A stretch of 59,146 nucleotides of DNA, the filler included, from Catajapyx aquilonaris (lineage: Eukaryota): NCBI GenBank assembly GCA_000934665.2. It is 3 parts of 3 records of this genome, joined end to end, with 100 filler letters (N's around TTAATTAATTAA, not from the genome) between each part and the next. Parts side by side here need not be neighbours in the genome. Positions count along the whole stretch, not along the records: positions 39,527 to 59,146 come from JYFJ02006421.1; 2 more parts are not named here. One strand, written 5' to 3'. The notes beneath the pieces were generated by a model, which did no database searches, was not told where the DNA came from, and saw only the letters and a list, made by a program, of their open reading frames with translations. How positions within the stretch are numbered: position 1 is the stretch's first letter; each line of letters starts with the position of its first letter. Made by a program: the position numbers and the translations under genes. Of the stretch, positions 50,135 through 59,146 are shown piece after piece.

Positions 50135-53100
50135 GAACCTGTATCAGTTATTGTTATTAACGGCTTTGTTTGTCTCTGAGCAGTGCTTTTTTTCGCAGAG
50201 CTTTTGAAATAACTCGCTGTACTTTGTGGGATTAAAAATATAGGATTCTGGAACTGACGTTTAAAGTGCATTGTAGCTATCCTGCACTCCCGGTTTGTTC
50301 AAATAAAAACGTAGCCAGTACGTGCCTTTCTACGTCAAGCGACGTCAAGCATATATCTCTAGTTTTATGTTATCTCTGGTACATACAATGAATTAGCAGT
50401 GAGATAAAAGCCCGTCCAAAAAAAGAACAGGTTTTAAAGATACCAATTTCAAAGCACAGTATGAATTTAAAGAGAATTTCAGATTTAAGGGAATTGTAAA
50501 GGTCTCTGGATTTAAAAACATGGAAACTAGAAGGTTTGTCTAACTATTTTTAGATCTGTCCCTAGGCTTTGTAAAATTTGCAATAAATAATATATATTTT
50601 TCGAGTCCCCATCCTTTCTTCTTACTGACCTGTGACGCCACACTTTTAAATATTTTAATCGTCTTTTTCTAATCTGTAACTTGTTGTGACATCCCGATGG
50701 AATAACACAATTTCTGTTTAAATATTCACATCTACGCGCTGCGAAACTTCCTAAAATTATTCCTGGCGTTGTTTGAACCTATACATTTCTCATTAGTCTA
50801 AACTTTTTGCAACTTCAAAGTGAGGATTATAATAATTCATGACAGTTTATCAATGTATTTAAAAAAATATTATGTAAGGTAAAGTTCGTAAATGCAACCA
50901 AATGCATAGGATAATTATTCGGAGTATAAAACATGAATTGCTAAATGTCAAATCGGCCTAAAAGATCATCCGAACAATAAAAATTTCGTCGATGAAACAC
51001 CATGAGGCATTGGCGTCAAATCCCATTCCAAAACCGGTCCCAAAATGCGTGCTTTCACTTGCACAATCAGGGGATGATGGGTTTTAGCATAATGGTTTAT
51101 CAACTCAAACCGATATCGTGGGTGTGATATCCAGGGCTCCCCGTGATGAATTAATCGCCACTGGATTATTTTACGACGTGAAAAGGCATTATCATCATCC
51201 ACGTCAATCGTGCCGATTCATGCCTCAAAAAATGATTCGGACATTACCATATTCGCAAAATTTTCTTCGCAAAAAAAGCCATCGTTGGAGAATGTTCAAG
51301 TACGTGCTTCTTGAGTCAGTCGTAATTGAGGTGGAATAGAAATCGGCTGCGTGTACTTCAACAATTTACGGTTGGTCGTAAAGTCCAATCCCTGAAAATG
51401 GGAAGGGCATGGAAATTCCCTGCAAAGTAGGGTTTTTTCCCCCTTCTCGCTGAGTTTCACAGAGGTGAGTGAAATTATTCAAGTACTTGAAATTCGGAGT
51501 GTAACAATGGGGACTCCGACTAGTGTGGGGTTGAATTGTAGAGGAAACACTTGCCATTTCCGGTAACAATGCCAGGCTGATGCAGGTTTAAAAAGGTCGC
51601 AGTTTTTTGGTATGACCCGTAAAATTTAGCATGGTACAGTTTGCAAAACTTCGCACATTCAGGGTGTTAATATCGTCTTAAATTTTTGTTGAAAATTTTT
51701 GCTAAATTAATTCGATTACAAGAGTTATTCAAGGTCAAAGAGAATTCATGAGTCACAATAGCATGATATATATTAATAATGAGCTGACAATACTGGTTAG
51801 TATTGTTATATTGGCTAATAATATGATTATGATTGTAATACCTCAGTAAATGAGATACAACATGCATACTATTCAGCAACAAGCCTTGTGACGGTGTAAT
51901 TTCAAAATTTAAATGCCAAACACTGCACATAGCTGTACAGGTGCTCTAAAATATTTTTCAGAATACTCAGCCATTAATATCTGCATACGCTATGAGCCCA
52001 TTAATCACAGTGCCAGCCTATTACAGAACATTCTGTCCACACATGTCCATAACAACTACTAAATTACATTAAAGCTGCATCGCCACATGTTCAATGAACG
52101 TAATAATTAACGCCTTAATGAGCCACCAGCGAGTCACCAAAATGTGTCTACCTTTGGCTGCAGTTGGTTGACAGATGCCATGAAGTCAAGTCGTCCTAAA
52201 CCACTTTCACTGCACCGTGAACTAAGCCCCATGATCTGCTTCATCTTGGCCTTTCGCAAGATTTACTCAGTGTCCAATTGCCCGTTCCATTTACTTTTCT
52301 CGATTGTGTTTTAGCCNCCCCCCCCCCCCCTCCAGGCCCTTGCAGTTAAAAAGGGCAGGCTCTGAAGATTTCATGGTCTTATCCAGGAGAGGGTTTGTCC
52401 TCTTTTTCCTTTATAGTACTGTACACTAGACAGGGAATGAGTGCTCAATGAGTTACAGCTTTACAATCCCTGAAATGGTACAGCCCTAAAGGCAATGAAG
52501 GATTAAGTCTAAGTAATGCTACATTTACACCAAAGGAATAAATGCAGTAGTTATTCAGGGTTAGTGTTAGTTACCATTATGGCTCTCTGACTGTAATAGA
52601 GTGGTCTCAGGATACTGTACGGTGTTTTCGTCCAGAAAAGCATTACGTCGTGGGCTCTGTTATGTAATAGCGCCCAAGGTATCGTCGGTGAATTAATTAA
52701 ATCTGTTCTAGTATACACGACGCCAAAAATATCAGTGCAAAAGGAAACCACAAAAACAGTTTTTAAAGAGTCAGAATCACATTCACCTGGCGTGGTTTTA
52801 GCTGGAGTAAACAGCTTGTAACTTTTCTGCATTATTAGACTGCAGATGTGGGTATAGTGAACAACCTGCACGAATTAAGCTTGGAGTAATTGTCCGACCT
52901 ACATAGAACAATGGGTTGAAATCTAGCAGTGCGCAATAGTGGTGGGAGATGCACAGAAGCATTTCCTACATGCAAATTATAGTTACAGTATGCTTCACTC
53001 AGCACAATACAAAGAGTTGAGAGGTCACTAAACTACGTAGTAAGGTCTATACAGCATTTGCATGTCAATTTTTGCTGAAAAAATTCCATAAGGCCAAATT

Positions 53101-53141
53101 GACATTTTGAATTAAGCCCGTTTGTCAACCGTCAATATTAA

Positions 53142-53738
53142 CCCTTAACTGGCATCCTCATTTAGCCATGCTTAACTGGTATCGTTGGGTCCTTTTTGGA
53201 CCCCACATCGTTTTTTCGATTACAAACTTACATTAACAAAAAAATCAAAATATAAATGCTTCCTAAATTCGGCCGGGACTATAAGTAGCAGATAGAAAAA
53301 AAATTTGACCTCCTCTGACACTTGGTTGACTGATGAGGCGGTGTTTACCGTTTACCCGTATCTCACGTAAGTGACCCAGCAGCTATAATGGTAGTCTCCT
53401 TACAATACTATACATAGAATATTTTTTTTACACCTCTGCGATTTTTTATGCTTGCTACATCATGAATTTGCCGTGTCTATTTTTTAGGGTCGGAAAAAAC
53501 TGGTCGCTAACTGGTAACGTGGGGTCCTTTTTGGACCCCAAGACGACTAGTGAGCGTTTAAATGACGTTAACTCCCATTCAAAATTTTTTTCGTCGCTCA
53601 TAATTTTTTTTCAGGTGCGAAAGAGTATATTTCAGGAATATAGGTGTGAGAATTTTCATTTTGACAAAAACCTGCTTCAAGGTGGTGACATAAGTATACC
53701 CTGGGGTCCAAAAAGGACCCCACGATACCAATTAAGGG
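53142..53738. mobile_element. piggyBac-type MITE
   Basis: TTAA|CCCTTAA ... TTAAGGG|TTAA with repeated subterminal GGGTCCTTTTTGGACCCC palindromes. Confidence 0.85.
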
Positions 53739-55237
53739 TTAAGGTACAAAATGCGATGTGTCAGTCAACTATTTTCATTACATCCAATACTCAACTCACC
53801 CATTTTCTCCGTCAAAGCAGTCAATAATCACCTACATAACGTACACATAAAAACAAGGCAGTTATTCTTACGGGAACTCATGCCAAACATCACATTGTCA
53901 GCTCAAACTTCCCACGTAACATTTGTAGCGTGAATCATTGCTCGTTTCCATGCACACATAATAAATCGCAAGGAAATGCGTTTCAGCTCTGCGGGTTGCA
54001 TTTTCATCTAATTACTGCATAGTGGGCTTATACTGCTGTTTTTTGTGAAGATCACAAATGCCAGTATACGATGGAAAATTTCGCAAATTATTCTGAAACA
54101 CTTTCCAACATTGCAAGTTGCAAGAAAATTCTGTCCTTGCTCATTGTGTTCATTCAGTACAAAAAGTGATTGATCATTAACCTACTTTTTGCATCCATAC
54201 CCCTGCAGGAGAAACTTCAATAGGATTCTTTCGGAAGGGGGGAAAAATAATGATGCTACTCGTTGAACGTTATGGATTCAAACACGACAACCTTTCATAA
54301 TTTCATGCTAATTAGTCCCCGTACACTCTGCATTTTTGGTAGGCTACAAAAACACCCGGTTATTCCCAGGAAAAATGCAACTGCAATTTTCTCACTTTGG
54401 ATATCCAACCATAACTGCAATTATAAGCAACAAAAATAATTTTCATTGCCTGTAATGCAAACAACATATGCAGAAAATTTTATTTATCTAAATAGCGCAC
54501 AGAAATATTCCTCATTGATGAACAAACCTTGAAAAGAGTTGACTTCCAGCAATGGTCGTTGAGAGAAAACGTCGCACTGATTATTAAGTGCCATACTGAG
54601 CATTAACACAGCATATGCCACTTGTAAATTAATGCGCCGTGCATTATCATCAAGGTCAATTACTTGCTGCTGTTGTCTGGGGGTCATCATGCAGGTCAAT
54701 AGTGTGGGTGGAGAGCATCCGCGGTTAGCACAGCCTGCAGTTGTTATTGCACAAAATTGAAATGAATGGCGCAGAACACAAGAAACGTGCTTTTTCACTC
54801 AACCATAAAAGGTGCTGGGCTGAAAGGTTCAGTTAATCAGTGTTGGTCATTGAAAAAAATACAATGGTTGTAGGGTCATCTAGTATATGGGAGAGAGCCA
54901 CTACTTGATCACACACAGCACACTTTATATCCACTGCAACGACAATTACATAAAGATGAATACGTACAGAAGGAACAATATAATGGTCGTTGGTTTAAGT
55001 TCTCTTTTTTTTCTTCTTTCCCGAAAGCAGTACTCGTTAATACTTCACAGAATAGCCACTGTAAGTAGTCAGGTTCTACGAGTTTGGCACATTAGAGAAA
55101 GGAACACTTTGATATAAATTATAGATTAACAAAATTAGTGTAGAGGTCAGTCTGTATATACACATCAGCTTTGCCACTGCACACAGTAGTTGTTGGCGGG
55201 ACATGACATTTATAAGATAAAAATGAATGCTTGATTT

Positions 55238-55346
55238 GTAGGACACATCAGAGTCACATTATGTGTTTACTCAAGTTTCTATGGAAAAAAGTAATATCTC
55301 TAATCAGAATACTATTGCAACCAAAATGTGACTCTGATTGTCCTGC
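55238..55346. repeat. Small inverted repeat / decayed MITE
   Basis: AGGACACATCAGAGTCACATT ... AATGTGACTCTGATTGTCCT. Confidence 0.55.
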
Positions 55347-56873
55347 ATTTCACGCCTTCAAAAATGGTCTCGGTGGCACCTCTATCCTCTTTTTACCCCT
55401 TTGAAAAATTAGTCTGGACCAAATGGTCTTAAGATAGTGCATATCTACGCCTAGAGTCTTTTCATCCTACCTTGCATCTCAGTCTAGCCAGTTCTAACAA
55501 AAATAAGCGTTGATCTGTATATCAAAATAATCTATATATTCATTTTCCTACTAAGCGAGAGTGGTGCCATCTTGAGCCCGTTCAAATGAGGCAGTGCTTG
55601 TACTTTGATTCAATATAAGAGTGGGGGTTTTTTTTTTGATCAAAAATATCAATCAAATATTTTGGACCGCAGTGTAAAGGACCAACATGTGTGTATGCGG
55701 GCCAACGTGTATAAAATATCTTATTGTAACAATTACATCCTTTCGACTCTTATCTGCTCAAACCCAAATAGACAAATGGATTGTTGTAATGCGTTTGGGA
55801 TTCGCCTTCAGTCATGATTGATGAGATGAGTAATGAGAGCAGAACACGAATCTTTAACTAATTGTACCGCCACAGTCAGTTAGCACCAAAAAGAGTGTAT
55901 ATAAAATCGAAATGACTACGACCTTCACACAAGAGGAAAAGGTTTAAATATATTATCAGTTATGAAAAATTAAATATCTCATATCAATTAGTAGCGGGGC
56001 TAGTTATATTTAAAGAATCGCGCTTTCGATGTTTAGTACTTTCACTTATGTAAGTGTACGTACTGTGCATTTATGACATGATTAAAAAAGTAGTTTTTAA
56101 ATAACTCTAAAAGACCAGCATGGCAAAAGATGATAACAAATAAGGTGGAGAATTTGTTCAAAAGCTTGTCGCTCTTGGCAAGAAGTTTTTGGTGGAAGAG
56201 TGCAAAATAGTGCGAAAAATATGAGAACTAGTGAATTTGCAACATAGAGAATATTTCACAAAGCCACAAGAAAAGATACGAATTTTGTCTTAGATTTTAT
56301 AGCAACATATTGCAGGTGAGATTTTTTAGCAGATATCGTATTGATTACAATATTTTACACTAATAAAATTAAGGAAGTCATCCATTATTGTAATGACCCA
56401 ATTTATAGTGAGTATTGCATAATCACTGATGTAATTAGATACATTTCTTATTTTGAGAACAAAATATAACTCTCGAAATGTCTCTTCGTCTTCCGTTGCT
56501 ACAAAAATTAATACAAAAAATTCCCCACATTCTATCCAACTCCTGCGACCCTTTGAAGTTTGAAAAAAATGCAAATTCGTAATACGTGTACTCTGTTCTC
56601 TGTACGTATATCCCCCTCCTTGGATCTCAGGGTTGTTATTCTTTCTCGATTCTAGCTCTCACTTTCTTCATCCATAATGTTTAGTATCCTTTTCCTCTAA
56701 AGGTTATCCTGCTCGGAGCAAAAAGTATTGCCTTAAAATATTCTCTATCTTGTTTGTTAGCACTTCCCAGTAACTAGAAGCTTATGTTATGTCAAGGTGT
56801 CATTATTTTAACGCCAAGTAATGACTTTCAATAAGTAAAGCATGCCAGCTATTTTGCTGTCTTGGTGACTGTA

Positions 56874-57135
56874 CAGTGCTGGACATTAATTCCGTCATAC
56901 TGCTAGCGACATTTTCTGATGCGGCAGACGTGCAAATCGAAGTGATAGAGTGCGAGCCGTGCGAGTAAGAAATGGTAGCCCTTGGGTGACGTCACTGGCT
57001 GGGGACAAGCCTTTTTCTCCATTGCCTCCCAGCCGGTGACGTCACTCAAGGCCTCGCACGGCTTCACTTCGATTTGCACTTCTGCCGCATCATTAAATGT
57101 CGAAAGCAGTATGGTGCGATTAAAGTCCAACACTT
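56874..57135. mobile_element. Palindromic MITE (CAGTGTTGGAC family), copy 2
   Basis: Same arms and centre as 18778-19030, with different internal deletions. Confidence 0.8.
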
Positions 57136-57490
57136 ATTAAACCTGATCCTAACAGATTTAAAGTACAATAGAGGGTTCCATACCTGTCAGGATATTCCAG
57201 TTCTTGTTTGCAGTAACTATGCTGCAAAGGCTGACACCTTCACATAAAAATATTCCTCTAATTACCAGAAAGTTGCCACAAACATTTAATTACGAAACAT
57301 CTTCCATGTAACCAGCCATTACTTAAGTCCAAACACACCGTATTATCTTAATCTCAAACTGCAGCGAAAACTCGGCCATTAATAATTCCTAAAATACAGT
57401 AAATATATCTAGGCATTTATCACATATGCACGACACTTCACCTCCGTATCATCGTCTTATCACTGTTTGAATTGGAATTAAGATAAGAAT

Positions 57491-57567
57491 GATATAATCC
57501 AGCCCAAATCTTGTGGCATTTCTGACACACCGTCAGAAATGCCACAAGATTTGGGCTGGATTATATC
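57491..57567. repeat. Perfect 36-bp inverted repeat with 5-nt loop
   Basis: GATATAATCCAGCCCAAATCTTGTGGCATTTCTGAC-ACACC-exact reverse complement. Confidence 0.95.
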
Positions 57568-57822
57568 GGAAAAGTAATTTTAAAGAGGCGATGCGGAAAC
57601 CTTTGAGGGACCAGGAGCGTGCTTGCACCTTTCACATTCCCACTAAGGTTCCCGCACCATGCATGTCTTAATTACATCCGATATGTTTGCCAGGGAGGCG
57701 TACCACAATGCCAAACCAAAAAAACGCAACCCGGATCGACACGAACATGAATTTACATGGATCTGTTCATAAAGGTTATTTTTTTCCATATTTCTCCACA
57801 ACACACATTTTCTCCTGTTGGA

Positions 57823-58359
57823 CTAACTCACAGCAATTCTCTGCACCCTGTGTGACCCGTGACAGGCGTGACACTGAGCCGTCCTTTCCTCCAAGAGCAT
57901 CCTCCTGGACGAAGGCATCGAGCGAATGTCCTCAACGCTCGCATTCTTGATGGCCATCCCATTGTTGCCCATTGTAGACTCACTTGAGAAATCGAAGCAC
58001 GTTTCTCTGCTTTGACACACGCTTCGACCACTATCGCTGGTCAGAACAGCAGGAGCTGACACTGCCGACACTGAAGGCTCCGTGTGATGATGGTGACCTG
58101 TCCTGAAGTGGTGGTGTGTGACCCACTTGACCTCGTTATGACTCTTTTGGATCAGGCAGACTTGACTGTGTCGAGGACTCCAGCTGTCCGATGAGAGATG
58201 GCGTCTGTTGGAAGGGGCTGAGGAACATGGGGCATAAGGATCGCAGATGTCGAAGTTCCCGTTGCATCGACTCAAGGGTTTATTCACTATCACTGATGGA
58301 AAGCTGTTCTCAGAGGATGTCTTGGGTATACGGTAGTTGCACAGCTTACGATACGTCTC
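57823..58359 (-). CDS. Terminal coding exon (178 aa + stop), Ser/His-rich, probably the C-terminal tail of an upstream GPCR paralog
   Basis: Strong polypyrimidine acceptor (TTTTTCCCGATTTTTTTCCAG|GAG), phase 0, GC-richer open frame ETYRKLCNY...RIAVS*. The ETxxxLC start fits the helix-8/palmitoylation junction of neuropeptide receptors; this identity is inference. Confidence 0.55.
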   Translation of the reverse strand, partial: ETYRKLCNYRIPKTSSENSFPSVIVNKPLSRCNGNFDICDPYAPCSSAPSNRRHLSSDSWSPRHSQVCLIQKSHNEVKWVTHHHFRTGHHHHTEPSVSAVSAPAVLTSDSGRSVCQSRETCFDFSSESTMGNNGMAIKNASVEDIRSMPSSRRMLLEERTAQCHACHGSHRVQRIAVS

Positions 58360-59146
58360 CTGGAAAAAAATCGGGAAAAATATGCTGTAAAACTTGGACA
58401 ATATTATTATTTGAAGGCCAAAGGTCAGAATGTGCCTCAGTTTCCCTTCAGTTTACAATGCAAGTTGCATCAGGTGCGTACCAAAACTAGTCAATTGATG
58501 CGATTAAGGATGATTTCCCATGTGGTATTGGACGACTGTCCAGGAAACGACCCCCAGATGAATTGATAAATAATTGCGAAAGGTCCGCCGTTTAATTGAA
58601 ATTAACTGGCGACTCTGTCACGTACCGAAAAGTAGGTGCAAGCCTTTTCTGTGCACCACATGGTCTGAGCTCTTATGCAATTTTATTGATTCGATAGAGG
58701 TGTCCTTCCAAACATGGTCAGCAGAAGTTATGGAGTAAAAGGGGTGCTCAAGAACAAACTTAAGAAAATTAATTCTGTTTAAACAGTGGATTGAATCGGA
58801 AGTGCTTGAATCCCAGTCTCCCATTGCTGCCACAGAAGCTTGCATAAACCCGGATTAAGCAGGGAAGTGTCCACTAGTACCTACAGTACATGTTATTTGA
58901 GATGCCCTGGAGGCTAGGGGGAAAAACAACTTTTCGAGCATTAAACGAAGAGGAAACCAACCGGAACTGAACAGTATATCACTATAGAACTTTCTACCTA
59001 TCACGTTTCTTTCATACCCATCGGTACGTGTCAAATTTGTAATCTCTGAAGTAGGTTGATAGTGGGTGTCTGACACCAGAAAAGGAGTGGTTCATAACTC
59101 CTGTCACAGTTTGCACATCTTTCACCCTGTAACAGGGACTTTGGAC

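Overview
Eukaryotic, most likely arthropod, genomic scaffold with two 100-bp assembly gaps carrying artificial TTAATTAATTAA stop linkers. Genes: (1) PSME4/PA200 on the minus strand, 24 phase-consistent exons (37320->23197, ~1649 aa, ending in the HbYX tail ...SPSYYA*); the ~170-180 N-terminal residues are missing or only visible as frameshifted remnants. (2) A pyrokinin/PBAN (neuromedin-U-type) GPCR, minus strand, TM1-TM5 in two exons (44573->43557), with no recognisable TM6-TM7 exon. (3) A minus-strand terminal exon (58359->57823) that looks like the cytoplasmic tail of an upstream GPCR paralog. (4) A plus-strand spliced gene (~8600-12926) whose last exon resembles a very divergent CACUL1/cullin-repeat domain. 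(5) A weak orphan exon at ~21 kb. The rest is rich in short mobile elements: tRNA-derived SINEs of three families that share one covarying 3' stem-loop, many palindromic MITEs (Tc1/mariner, pogo/Tigger, PIF/Harbinger, piggyBac, Kolobok-like), a fold-back built from a maT-type transposase end, an internally deleted mariner, Helitron/HINE-like pieces and microsatellites. All family assignments are by eye from recalled motifs; no searches were run. I did not find a clearly new multi-gene system. The best leads are the CACUL1-like gene and the shared SINE 3' structure.
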